From the NCBI RefSeq assembly GCF_006345805.1, contig NC_042998.1, positions 173,228,001 through 173,292,000 of the forward strand: 64,000 nucleotides of DNA. Reading direction: 5' to 3'. A model generated the notes under the pieces. The model searched no databases, had not been told where the DNA came from, and was given only the letters and a program-made list of their open reading frames with translations. This stretch comes from Octopus sinensis. Its lineage: Eukaryota. Both the position numbers and the translations under genes were made by a program. Positions 48,538 to 62,114 of the stretch are shown here, piece after piece (positions within the stretch are counted from its first letter, which is position 1; the number at the start of each line of letters is the position of its first letter).

Positions 48538-49762
48538 ATGTTTATATATCTCCCCAAAATCCACAAACCTGACAACCCTGGCCGTCCCGTCATCTCCGCC
48601 TGCAACTGCCCCGCCGAACTCATCTCCAGATATTTTCACCGTGTCCTAGTGGCTTCCCTCTCCTCTCACATCCACGACACCAACCACACACTTCGTTTGT
48701 TCAAATCTTTCTCCTTCTCTCTTGGCCCCTCTAAACTTCTCTTCACCCTCGACATCCAGAGTCTTTACACGGTGATCCCTCACCACAAGGAGCTGCGTGC
48801 ACTCCAACATTTCCTTGACCTTCGACCCTACACCCAATCTGACACATCCACACTCGTTCGTCTAGTCGAACTTGTCCTCTCACTCAATTGCTTCTCGTTC
48901 GCAGGCGATTCCTACCAGCAGTATTTGAGAGTAGCCATGGGAACGAGAATGGGCCTCAACTATACGAACCTGTTCGTTTCCTACGTTGAGGCCCAAATAT
49001 TCTCAAGTTTCACTGGTCCCACTCCCGAACTATACAGCCGTTATATTGCCTACTGTATCGGTGCGACCTCAAGCGAACATCTAGACTCCTTCCTCTCTTT
49101 TGTCAAATCTTTCCATCCTACCCTCCGCTTCTCCTGCACTATCTCTGACACCTCTGTCTATTTTCTTGACATTTCGATCAGCATTCATCACTCCACTCTC
49201 ACCACCTCCACCCACTACGAGCACACAGACTCACACTCATACCTCCACTACGTATCCTCCCACCGTAAACACACGAAGCTTTCCATCCCGTATTCCTAAT
49301 TCCTCCGTCTACAGGCTCTGTATTGAAGACCATGACTTTGAGAGTCAGTCTCAACTCATGGCTCGCCACTTCATTCTACGTGGATATCCCCTCACCACTA
49401 TCCACACCGCCCTTGCCAGAGCACGTTCCGTGGACCGTGCATTTGCTCCGCCGTTTTCCGCTTTCCGTTTTCCCTCACCTACCACTCCACCATACTACAC
49501 AACACACCACCACGCACACATCAGTACTGACCACTTCCCAGACCCACATTTTCACACCTATACATACACTCATGCACACGTCAAGATCACCAGCCCTCTT
49601 CCACACGCACATACAAACTCTCTCATACATACGCACGCGCACCTGCGTTTTGGGATCACCACTACTTTATTATCTCCCCTTTTCCCTAGCTCTCCTGTAT
49701 GATCCTTATGTCCGGCCTTCGCCATGATAGATCGCTAACCACTACACATTCTTTATTTTCCC

Positions 49763-49807
<45 letters not shown>

Positions 49808-49932
49808 TTTCTTTCTGTGTTGCTTTCTGTGGTAGAGCGTTGGCACGAATCGTTAAAGACTTTTTCACTACATCTGTTTGTTGTCTACACCACTTGTCTT
49901 TGTCTTCTGTTTTTTTTTTCTGAATTCTCCCT
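48538..49932 (+). pseudogene. Penelope-like retroelement RT (ORF 48538-49299) with 3' remnant
   Basis: LPKIHKPDNPGRPVISAC, LFTLDIQSLYTVIPH, AMGTRMG..Y.NLF, YSRYIAYC (YIDD mutated), FLDISI, HTDSHSYLHYVSSH; 49883-49932 recurs at 45188-45241. Confidence 0.9.
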
Positions 49933-50531
49933 TTGTCCTGTCTTTTACTGTTTATATTTTGTACTGTCGTTACTGTCCTGTTTTTGTTACCATTTTTACC
50001 CCTCCGCAAAAAATCTCAAATTTTATTTAATTTGATTTTCGCGGGAAGGATTGTTTCATTAAAGTCTTGTATCGCCTTAACCTTCGAAACGTGGAGTAGA
50101 TGAAACAAAGGCGACTGAAGAAGGGGAATTTTCCTTGTTTTGTATGTCCTGTACTCTATTTTTTCGTTGTTTAAGAAAAATGTCCATTTCCTTGGTTTTG
50201 TGCTTATGTTTTCGTTTCTCATTGTGTTCGACGTTTTTTGGTGTCCTGTACCCATATATGCATGTATATATACATGTAGAGGTAGGTACGTACATATATG
50301 TATGTATATGCATGTTTTATTTATTTATTAATTTATTATATATATATATATATATATATAAATATATATATATATTATATATATAAATATATATATATGT
50401 GTGTGTGTGTGTGTGTATGTGTGTGTGTGTGTGTGTTTGTGTGTCTTTTGTGTGTGTGTATGTATGTTTGTATGTATGTATATTGACACACACATAAAAT
50501 TATCAGCGACAGAAGCTAAAAATACTAAAAA

Positions 50532-50973
50532 GCAATCTTGGTCTCCAACTTAACATAGAGGTTGTGTTAGAACACAGAATGCTACAATATTTACCTTGAA
50601 ATCCTCTCAGCATAAATTACGCAGGATTCTGTATTCTAACGTAGCTTCCACCTTAAGTAAGATCTAACAATTGGCTTTTTAAAATCCCACTGGCTATGTG
50701 CAACCTGAATAGTCACTAAGATTCGGTATATTGTCGACAGGAAATTTGACTGTTATCGCGCTGTTTGAAATCTGTCTCCGAGGAACACACAGCATGGTGA
50801 AATCACGTGATGTGTCAGTTCCTCCCGTCGTAGCAGTCGATTCTCATCTGTCAGCGATACAATTAACTGTGCTATTATGCTCCATGACTCCTTATGAGAG
50901 ATCCTCTCGTGGCAAATAACGTAACATTTGTGTTCTAAGACAACCTCCAAGTTAAGGTGGAGATCAAGATTAC
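50532..50973. mobile_element. MITE-like element with ~53-bp imperfect TIRs
   Basis: gcaatcttggtctccaacttaacatagaggttgtgttagaacacagaatgctac vs the reverse complement of 50921-50973. Confidence 0.7.
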
Positions 50974-51000
50974 ATTTTGATATATGTATATATATATATT

Positions 51001-51682
51001 TAAAAATTAAGGGTAGAAATTGATATTAGTCAATTAAAACCAGTGGTCTAGCACATTAAAAAGAATCCGAAGATTAAAATATTTATATATACCAATTAAG
51101 GACTGAACACGAAAAGGTGGACAGTCAACATGCTAGATATAGACGTCAAATCGCCATTCTCCACAAGGATTATGTTCTCAAATAAAAATAAAAATAAAAA
51201 TAAAATTCAGCTGAATTTTATTTTAATTTTTATTTTTATTTGAGAACATAATCCTGTGGAGAATGGCGATTTGACGTCTATATCTAGCATGTTGACTGTC
51301 CACCTTTTCGTGTTCAGTCCTTAATTGGTATGTATATATATATATATATATTTAAAATTAAGGGTAGAAATTGATATTAGTCAATTAAAACCAGTGGTCT
51401 AGCACATTAAAAAGAATCCGAAGATTAAAATATTTATATATACCAATTAAGGACTGAACACGAAAAGGTGGACAGTCAACATGCTAGATATAGACGTCAA
51501 ATCGCCATTCTCCACAAGGATTATGTTCTCAAATAAAAATAAAAATAAAAATAAAATTCAGCTGAATTTTATTTTTATTTTTATTTTTATTTGAGAACAT
51601 AATCCTTGTGGAGAATGGCGATTTGACGTCTATATCTAGCATGTTGACTGTCCACCTTTTCGTGTTCAGTCCTTAATTGGTA
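51001..51682. mobile_element. Tandem duplicate (period 351) of flank plus spacer-less ~242-bp palindrome
   Basis: Palindromes 51090-51330 and 51441-51682 centred on CAG|CTG; homologous to 698-899. Confidence 0.95.
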
Positions 51683-51774
51683 TGTATATATATATATATA
51701 TATATATTGTCATTTTTCGAGACGGTCATTTCTTTTGCCAAATAAACGCATACACTATATTTTCGTTCTTCAGA

Positions 51775-51956
51775 AGAAGGAGTGAGGGAAAGTTGTGGCG
51801 AAAGAGTACAGCAGGGATTGCCATCACCTCCTGCCGGATGCTCGTGGAGCTTCAGGTGCTTTCGCTCCATAAACACTCACAACTCCCGGTCTGGAAATCG
51901 AAACTGCGATCCTACGACAGCGAGTCCGCTGCCCTAACCACTGGGCCATTGCGCCA
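51775..51956 (-). mobile_element. SINE family C 5' part
   Basis: Reverse complement of 16922-17110. Confidence 0.85.
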
Positions 51957-51961
51957 CAACG

Positions 51962-52059
<98 letters not shown>

Positions 52060-55000
52060 CTTTTGTACAACTAGATTTGTGACTGCACTTGCATAAATGT
52101 GCATATGTGCTTTTGTGTACGGATATATTGTGTTCTCCATCTAACATATTGCAAGAGTAGCACAGATCTAGGAGTATTTCGAAGGAATACCTTTTAGCTA
52201 CAGGGCTCCGATGTTTCATTCGAACTTAATATATCTATGACTACATAATGGAATGTGTCATTTCTTTTGTTTTAATCAAATGTAAAGCATTTTAAGGGAG
52301 AATTAGCTGTTATTTCCAACTGACAGAGTGATTTCGTAGTTGGCACGTTAAGAATATTTCTGTAAGCAACATATGAACTGACCCAAATATACCTGTGCGC
52401 ATGTATATACAAATATATAAATACATTTATACATGCAAATGTATGTGTTTTGTTTACGTATACAAGTTTTTAAGCCTTTATACGTGTGTATATAAGAAAA
52501 GATGTATACATATGTATACATCAGCGTGCCAGTGAGAGAAGAGTTAGCAAGTATTAATATTAACGGCTCTAGTAGCTTCCATTGATACCTTGGAATTCTT
52601 AGAAATCATCTGTGATTCTGTTGCAGCTTACATTTTCTTCTAGAATTCTTCAATGTACTCCAGTGTATGTTGGCTATAGTCATTACCTATTACATTTACC
52701 ATCAACCATTGTTAGAGAGAAACATGTTATATGTGTGCCATGAGCAGTGTTTTGAATTTCAATGCAATAAGCCAATTTTACACGATATAAATCTAAATTC
52801 CAATGTTTCTATGCTTTAGAGAATATTGTGGTATGGTGTATTGTAAAAGTACCGTAACATTTCCAAAACTCTGTCTGAGTTATTATTGTATATAATAATT
52901 AGAAGAGAAAGGAGGAACGTCAGAACTGTTAAAGTGATAAGCAAAGTGAAAGCAGAGTGGTATTGAAAGCAGAGTTCAAAATCCGTTGATGTCAAATATG
53001 CTTTAAATTCCAGAATCGATAAAATAACTTACCTGTAAAAATGTAGATGTTGTACAACCGACTATAATCATACCCAAGATTTAGGACGTTGTGCCTCTGT
53101 TAGGAATCGATATCTAACTTTGAAATGTTCATTTCTAACAAAGACATTATGCCAAACCGTTTGGGGTATAGTGTGATTAAATCAACGTCTCTATCAAAGC
53201 CCTATTTCAGAGATTCCAGAAGGAATGAAAGGTTGTATTGAGAACGAAGAGGACTCTCACTGTTTATGAGAAGATTTTATAGTTGAAGCTCCCTTGACAC
53301 AAAATTGATCTCTCGAGCTGCAAGAACAGTCAAACGATAAAAACATTTAGCTCTTTTGCTGTAAAAACCACCTCGGTGATCGTCAATTTTACAATAAAAA
53401 TTTTGTTTCATGAATTTGTTAAAGGGTGAAGAACAGTGCCTATGAATATGTATTAAGCCAGATAATGTTCAACTTCAATTTCAGCAGAATTATAGCGATA
53501 CGAAAAAGATAAACACAGAAAGAATTCTAGAGAGGGGTTTTTTGGGGAAAAGTGGTTAGAATAGGAGTTTCGAACAGGTAGAAATAATGAAGTAAAGAGA
53601 GAAGGGGTGACATGTGCATCTGTCAAGTAGATTGGGTGTGAATGTTGTACGCACCTCTTTAATTCATAAACCTAGAACCATTACTGTATTGATAACACGG
53701 CCAGACAAAGTAAAGAGTATTCATGAGCATGTAGTTATAGTATAATGGTGTGGGTATGGGTTGAGATATATATTGGTGTGGATGGTATGAATGAATGTAG
53801 CGCAGTACAAGTGAGTCACACTTCTGTCTGGTTGAGAATCATAAGCTGATCAAATGGAGGGTATATTTGAATTAGTTGAACGTGTGTGGTTAGTAATAAC
53901 ATTGTAAAGATAGAAGAGTATGACAGACATAACCAAAGCTTATAGTATGTTTTACAGGAATCTTTTTTAATTTTTGCAAAAATATGCCGCCCTTATTATG
54001 TAGCATACTACAAATATCAAGCCTAGTCTGCTTATTTTCGTAGACAAATAATGGTTAATACAGAACATATCTCATAGGCAGTCAAAAGAGTTCCCTCTTA
54101 TTTTTCTGCACAAGAGCGTAGAACGAATGTATTTTGCATTGTTCTTAATGTCATAGCTAGACTTTGTAATATTTATTGTTAGGGTAGTTGTTACTTAAAT
54201 CAATCACAATACTGAACCTAGCTGAAATGACTAGACTAATTTGCATATTGTGCTTTGCTAGCTGACATGATTAAATAATTAATATTGTATGTACCAACGG
54301 TGTATATTGGAAAATTCAGGTAAGTCTAATGTTTATGTGTATGCTTGTATGAGTATGCATGGAAGTGTATGTGTAATATTATTATACTTTACATAAAATT
54401 TACATTCCTACATCTTTTAATTTCTTCCTGTTATACACAAATTTTATATTTTCTCATTGTTATCGTTATATAGTTTACATGATTTATACACAGCTCAGAT
54501 TAAGTTATGTAGACGAGAAAAAAACAAACTACTACAACATTTTTTTTTCTCGGGTCCAGTAGATCGATAAATTTTTAGTTTTCTATTGTAGCGTGATTTT
54601 ACGTAGATCATATTGATATGTCTTTGTGGGATACAGCATTAATGCTTAAGTACACTAGGTGCTCATAAAGGAAACGTTTCAAATATTGCTCTATCGATTA
54701 GTTTGTACGCAAAAAGGAATTATTTTTCTGTATGTAATCCGTTTCTATCCTGATATTTGCGGGAAAAGGAAGAGAAAATGTATACGAAGTAACCACTATG
54801 TGTAAGCAAATTCATAAATGCTAATACTCATTAACACAATTGAATGCATGAGAGAAAAAACAATGTATACTCTAGCTCCCTTTCGATCGGGAAGAGTGTG
54901 CGTGTACCGTGTGTACGTAGGTTTGTTATAAGGCAGAATCATAAAAATCCAGGTTAAATTGATGGTAATCAATTTTGGGGAGCCGGTTTCAGCCCACTCC

Positions 55001-55319
55001 TAAAATAATTGTCACACCCCGGAAACAAATGGATATTGCAACTTCTCAACAACTCCCCAACATCATCTCCTGCAATGTTTTTAATATTAGATATCAAATG
55101 TGAATAACTATATGTGTGTGTACAAGGAAAAGTTACCTATGACTGCGAAGTTCCGAAGAGCCAGTATTCAAAGATAGTCTGGTGAGTGCTGCTAAACTAA
55201 AACTTCGAAATTACTGTCAACATTTTCCTTTCAAAAATATACAATTATAAACCGTGCAGAAAAGTACTTCAGCTTAAAGTTATATTGTTCCTTAAAGTTA
55301 TATTGTTATATTGTTTTAA

Positions 55320-55550
55320 GGCGGCGAGCTGGCAGAAACGTTAGCACGCCGGGCGAAATGCGTGGCCGTATTTCGTCTGCCGTTACGTTCTGAGTTCAAA
55401 TTCCGCCGAGGTCGACTTTGCCTTTCATCCTTTCGGGGTCGATAAATTAAGTACCAGTTGCGCACGGGGGTCGATGTAATCGACTTGATCCGTTTGTCTG
55501 TCCTTGTTTGTCCTCTCTGTGTTTAGCCCCTTGTGGGTAGTAAAGAAATA
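55320..55550 (+). mobile_element. SINE family B, full length, with the tttagccccttgtggg..taaagaaata tail
   Basis: A box tggcagaaacgttagc, B box gagttcaaattcc, gcctttcatcctttcggggtcgataaattaagtaccag domain. Confidence 0.95.
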
Positions 55551-55866
55551 TATATTGTTCCTAGCTGTAACTTCACATAAAAACATGCTTACATGGTGAT
55601 TGCTCCATCTTCACAGATGATTACCGTCTCCTTGTACTTACTCCTTGACATTTCGGACTTTCCATCGATTACTGCTCAGATCATGATTCTATTCCGTTAC
55701 ACAACTGAAATTATTTGTAGTATGGGTGACAGGTAAAATTCTTTACTTACTGTGCGCTACCTACTGGATAGGTTTGCACACGTCAAATTCTTATTTTCGT
55801 CATACGACTTCCGGTAGAGTGAATGACGAATAAGCTCATCATATAGAGATACAAGTACGCAATTGC

Positions 55867-55898
<32 letters not shown>

Positions 55899-55900
<2 letters not shown>

Positions 55901-56069
55901 CGTAGGAGTGGCTGTGTGGTAAGTAGCTTGCTTGCCAACCACATGATTCCGGATTCATTCCCACTGCGTAGCACCTTGGGCAAGTGTCTTCTACTATAGC
56001 CTCGGCCCGACCAAAGCCTTGTGAGTGGATTTGGTGGACGGAAACTGAATGAAGCCCATCGTAAATATG

Positions 56070-56109
<40 letters not shown>

Positions 56110-56362
56110 TGTGTGTGTGTATGTGTGTATGTGTGTGTGTGTGTTTGTGTGTCTGTGTTTGTCCCCCTAACATCGCTTGACAACCGATGCTGGTGTGTTT
56201 ACGTACCCCGTAACTTAGCGGTTCGGCAAAAGCGACCGATAGAATAAGTACTAGGCTTACAAAGAATAAGTCCTGGGGTCCATTTGCTCGACTAAAGGTG
56301 GTGCTCCAGCATGGCTGCACTTAAATGACTGAAAGGATTAAAAGAGTAAAAGAGAGTAAGAG
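55899..56362 (+). mobile_element. SINE family A, full length (reference copy)
   Basis: ggcgtaggagtggctgtgtggtaag head, ccttgggcaagtgtcttc domain, internal TA/TG tract, aaaagagt tail. Confidence 0.95.
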
Positions 56363-56412
56363 TATGCATGCATGCATACATACATACATACATACATACA
56401 TACATACATACA

Positions 56413-56444
<32 letters not shown>

Positions 56445-58346
56445 CGCTTGTACTACATGAGTTCCTGTGATTTGTGTCATGTGGTAGGCCAAATCGAGAT
56501 GACCAGTAATGACGTAAGACCTCAAGATTTACATCTGAGAGTCCCTCAACAAGAAAGATGTGGCAAAATATAGCGGTCCCTCATCTCCAGTAGATTTATT
56601 ATTTGCTCTGTCATTAACCAATGTCATCATATATGGTAATTAACCCATAGCCGGGATCCTAACCGATGATACTATTGTCGATCAGAAATCTGGGATCAAT
56701 AGTGGATAAGATGTAGTGCAACACTCCTCAAAAGTATGGAATTTCTGAACCAGTGCCCCACCAGCGAATGGAGTTAAAAGTCATTCCCAGGGCATGCATA
56801 AATACATACATACATACATACATACATACATACATACATACATACATACATAATACATACAGACAGACAGACAGACAGACATGCATACATACGTACATAC
56901 ATACATACATACATACATACATACATACACATACATACATACATTAATAAATACATAAAGGAAACTTCGATCCAGGTTAGAAACCGGTTCTTTCTCTATT
57001 GGCAAGAAATCCTGAGGTAAAAATCCGTATTGGCAAAAAATGACATACATACATACATGCACACTCGCACATACACACACATAAACATAAACACACTCAT
57101 GCATAAATACATATATATATAAGCATACGTATATGTATACGTGTATGTATGTATGTGTGTATGTATGTATGTATGTATGTATGTATGTATGTATGTATGT
57201 ATGCCTGTATGTATGTATGTATATACACATCTATATGTGTGTGGGTGTTTGGTTGTTTTTTGTGAATCCAATTTATTGGATTTATATTACAAAGTATGAG
57301 TAATATGTAAATTATCGTATAATTGTAAATAAAGTAAGATCATTCAAGACGTTCAAAATGTTCCTCTGATTGATAAATTTGCTGATCTGAGTATCATATG
57401 ACGTTCTGACGTCCTTCAAACTAGTCATAAAATACCGTATGCTGTATGTGTCTTTGACTGTGTGTACCTGTTTGTGTATTTATTTGGTAACGGCTTTTGT
57501 AAACATGCTCTATTGAAAATTCAAATCCGATCAAGTTTCACATACTTTATTGAATATTTATTTGTGTGCATTTTGGTATTTCCTTACACTTTTATTGTTT
57601 AATCTTCGAATAATAATAATTCTTCAAGATCCATATCGCGATCAAAAATTCTGCGCTTTTACGTCTGATACATCTGGATGAAGTTTGCTTAGCTGTCAAG
57701 TTAGTATTGTATTTTGGATTTTGAATGTTTCTGAACGTGATTGTCAGATGTTAGTTTGCTAGCAGGCTAGTTTAGCCATTCTACGATTTTATTTGTTCAT
57801 TCAGATTGGACCTCGACATTTACAGCATTAGATAACATAAAATATAAAACAACATATGATAGGAAAATGCTTGTCGAAAAGACAACTATCCTGTATTAAG
57901 TGCTATATGGGAGTTTGTATATGAGTTTCGAAAGAAATTGTCGATATTTCGAACATACTTTATTCTTCCAATCCACACAGATTTTTCTTTTCATCTTCCT
58001 TTTTACGACGACCATCAAATATTAATCAATAGAATATTTATTTGATTAATGTGAAATAAATATCTTTCTGATGTTGTACGATGCTGAAGTTCGTAAAAGA
58101 TGAATATGGATTTCAAAAATAAAGCTGCATCTTATATGACTTTAATATCTAAATAAGATATTATTGCTCCCTACCATGTTCGGAAGCCGTGATAAAAATC
58201 GCGGGCCCAACCCTCTTACCTCTTGATAAAATCATACAAATATGAGACTTTCTATTCCGAATGAATAAGTTGCTGGGTTTCAGGTTTCCAGGCTTCCGAA
58301 TGGTCAATTCATAAATCATTTTAGAAGGTTTTTTTCACGAAAAATA

Positions 58347-59552
58347 TTGGGTTGGTAACTAAGTTCCCGCCGTTTTATTTAAATTTAAAGGTTTTAAAAG
58401 GTGTAATAGAAAATAACAAATAATTAATCAATAATGTATTCAACTTGTTGTTTTCAACTTCTTCCCAACGTTCAACAAAATTTGCAATACCTCGTTGGTA
58501 GAAATCACCCGATTTCAACTCGAAAAATTGACCCAACCAATTCTGCATCAATATTGAAAGAATCTCCACGAATAGCATTTGAAAGTGATCGAGAGAGGTG
58601 GAAATGCATTGGTGCCAAATCAGGAAAGTACAGCGGGTGTGGCAGCACTTCCCAGCCATGCGCTTGAATGGCTTCCTTGGTCGTATTGGCGATATGAGGG
58701 CGGGCGTTGTTGTGCATCAGAAGTCCATGCTGCCGATTAGGTCTTTTCTCTTGAATAGCCGTGTCGAGCCTTTCCATCTGTTGAACATAGAGTTCCGCGC
58801 TGACCGTTTGATTCCGTTCAAGCAATTCGTAATGGATAAACCCTTCCCAGTCCCACCATATGCACAACATCATTTTACGCGGATGAAGATCTTGTTTCAC
58901 GTGCGGTGTCGCTGGTTTACCGGGGCTAAGCCATTCCTTACGCTGCTTCATATTGATGTACAGGCACCATTTTTTGTCGCCAGTAACGATTCGGTAAAGA
59001 AATCGTTGCTTGTGTCCATGAGTTGAGCGGTGACGAGCAAGTAAACCAGCGGAGAGTGTGTCTCGTTGATATTTGTGGTTGTTACTTAAAGCATGCGGAA
59101 CCCATACTCAATACGTTTGAACCTTTCCCATAGAGTGAAGATGCTTCTTTATAGCAGTGTGGGAGCATTCCATTTTCCCTGCCAGTTCCCTTGTCGTTTG
59201 ACGAGAATTTTCGTGCAAAAGTTGCTTTAATCGCTCTTCATCGAACTCAACAGCGGTTCTTTCACGTATGGCACCCTCTCCATGCACAGGACAAATGTCG
59301 CGAGCAGCTTTTGCGGCCTTAGAAACTTGATTAAAAACAAAAAGAGGTGTAGAAAATACTCGTTTTTCCTAACTTGACATTCCATTTTAATGATCTCAAA
59401 ATAAACAAAAATTAACTAAAATTAACAAGAAAAAAAAAAGATTCCAAAATGATTCAAAAATAGAATTCTCGAAAAAAATAGATTCCAAAATTTAAAACTC
59501 AATAAATTCCAAAATTTAAAAGAAAACGGCGGTAATTTAGTTGCCAACCCAA
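58347..59552 (-). mobile_element. mariner (DD34D) transposon, near full length, pseudogenised
   Basis: 30-bp TIRs ttgggttggtaactaagttcccgccgtttt / aaaacggcggtaatttagttgccaacccaa with TA TSDs; ATG ~59385; HPRKMMLCIWWDWEG, HNNARPH, LPHPLYFPDLAP. Confidence 0.95.
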
Positions 59553-62062
59553 TACATTGACAATCTCTTGTCTGAGAATTCAGGTCTAATCTAAATAAGA
59601 AACCTATATTGTGCGAGCTGATGAAGTGTTCAAGCCGTTGCCTAATTGCATAACCTGCAAGACATAACACCCAACTCTCGCTTAAAGCACACCTCTTTAG
59701 AAAGAGAAAGACGTCAGAAAATGTAATCTTTATTACTCCTAAAGAGAGTGACGGAAGGTTATGGTACGAATGCCTTTGATTATAGATGCTTCATCACGAT
59801 TAACTTTAATGAGAAGCAACAACAAAGCCGTCTTACTATTTGGTTTTAGGTACATCGGAAGTCGCGAACAGGGATAGACTCTTTCCTACTTCCACCAGCA
59901 AAATGCGGCAACTGAAGAGACAGTGGGAAGGAAAGAGAGATGCATCAGTACTCGGTTGGTAATTATTACACCTGAGTAAACTGGAGCAATGTGAAATGAA
60001 GTGTAGCTTGTGATCCAGGAACTGAAATCACGACTTAATAATCATGAACCGATCACCCGAAACTTTAGATCATGTACCTTCGCAGAAATTGAATATATTG
60101 ACTTCATCTCACCTGCACAAAATTACTGTATTGTTTAGGCAAAACAAAATCAATATTATATGAGTTGTATCTTAGTTTGTAGGCTAATTTACCCTGCAGC
60201 ATTATTTCGTGTAATGGCAATGGATGCAATCATCCTATTGTGTAGTGTGCGTAGCTCAAGAGAATCGTGTTATTTTGTGTATATTTTGGTCTAGGTTTCG
60301 ATTTTTCAATTCCAATACGAGGAATCGTAATTGAATATATGGAAGTTTCTTCTCTTCACCAGAATCTTATTTAACTCCCAGTGTTCTTGTTGCCTTATAT
60401 GTCAATCTACTTGATAGAATGTTTTGGCCTGGAGGGAATGAAATGTCCATAAATTCCATATTATTTACTCTTGTTATTTTTGTTTGGATCATACAATGAC
60501 GTTGAAGACATTTGGTTTGGTATTTTCATTTAGTATATTCATACTTTTTACGCAGAGTATAACATCATTTTATCATATTCCACGAAAAAAGAGAATTCGG
60601 TGCATTCTATAATGAATCGGAAAATAATTTTATATTACCTTGTGTGGTGTCTCAGTAAGTTACAGATTTCCTGACGCCATCATAAATTTTGCTATTTATT
60701 TCTAAAGTTTCAACAAACTAACGTAGATAATGAAACTGAGTTGTTAACAGAAAACAAGCAGTAGGTGATCAGATCACTTCGTCGACTGGTTATTATTGGG
60801 TAGTGTCTATGGCCAAGATATTAGACGCATGAAGGCTCGTTTGACTGTAAAATAGATACTAAGAAAAGAATGTATCTGCTGCTAATTCCTTTCAGGGCAG
60901 GTATGTTGAGGCTACAGATGCGCAGACATGTACTAAGCTTGCAGCATCCACAAAGATACATAAAAGGTATGCTATAGATGACTTTCCCAGACACGTTTTT
61001 TCGTTCTCTTTGAACGAGCATCTGGAAAGTTTTCAGGTGCTAGCATATCTTTACCAGTCAAGAAATTATTTCAAGAAAAACTTCTATGGTAGTATTTGCT
61101 CTGGTGGTAGAGAAGAGATATGATGTTCATGGGGAAACTCTGATCCTCAAGGAAAAAAAATGATCTGTTTTACAGACCATTGAACTTAGGGACCACAGGA
61201 AACACTCATAAACCTCTAGCCAAGTGGATAAACAAATGACTCACCATCAAAGACATTGGAAAATATGTCGACGTTTGTGGTCATTCTTGTGGTGCAATGG
61301 GAAAGATTGTTAGCACCAACATTATCCTTGATGATATGCGGTCGCATGGAGCCACCATAGATAGATAAGTCCTCATGAGCTTACATGACCAAAAAGCAGT
61401 CCTACATTCGTTACTTGTTGGGATTGACGAAAGGACTGATCACGCAGAGAAAAATCCCAACTGGCAGTTTTACTTATTTGTTTTGTTACAATTTTATTTT
61501 ATTATTCTATGTAATTCTTTGTTTCTTTTTCTTTTATCACAAACTTTAAAAGTTGCACTTATCACACCAAGTCTCTCTCCTTCCTGTTTTTGTATTCCTT
61601 GCTTGACCCATCCCACAAATTTACTGTAGAATATACATGAAGAACAGAAACGTATACCATCCAAGTATATTCAGTTTTATTTGCGCGACTTGATGAGTAA
61701 AGTTATCATTTTCTCTGGTTATTTGTTTATGTGTACCTAATTTTGTCGAGGCTTTGTACATTTTACGCATAATATTCAATGTATTCGCTTCCTATTATTA
61801 ACCTAGAGATAAGTGATGGTTGTATTTTTTGTTTCAATTATGTGTCATATGGTTGGGTGGCTAGGAGGGGATCGTGCTTTGATAGTTTTTACACATGATA
61901 TGAGATCGCCCTGCTTCGATAATTTGTTTACACAAGATACGAGATTGCGAAATATTGCTAACAGTTGTAATACATCAATTATTGGTAGTAATAATCAATA
62001 CAATTTACAGGGCCTTACGCAGTTATCCTTCAGCCTTGCATGTATTATCATTACTATTATTA

Positions 62063-62114
<52 letters not shown>

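Noticed and set aside
49826-50135. Hammerhead-like fragments (gagc-gttg-gcac-GAATC; ccttcGAAACgtg; CTGAAGAagggg)
   Set aside because: No single set of core plus three stems can be assembled.
55617-55732. Candidate host exon (cacag|ATG...cag|gtaaaa), one open frame
   Set aside because: Peptide MITVSLYLLLDISDF... resembles nothing I know; no partner exons; equally good splice-like motifs exist on the other strand with stops in all frames.
60780-61400. Protein-like stretch (DIGKYVDVCGHSCGAMGK...)
   Set aside because: Short frames with frequent stops; could not assign to any gene or element.
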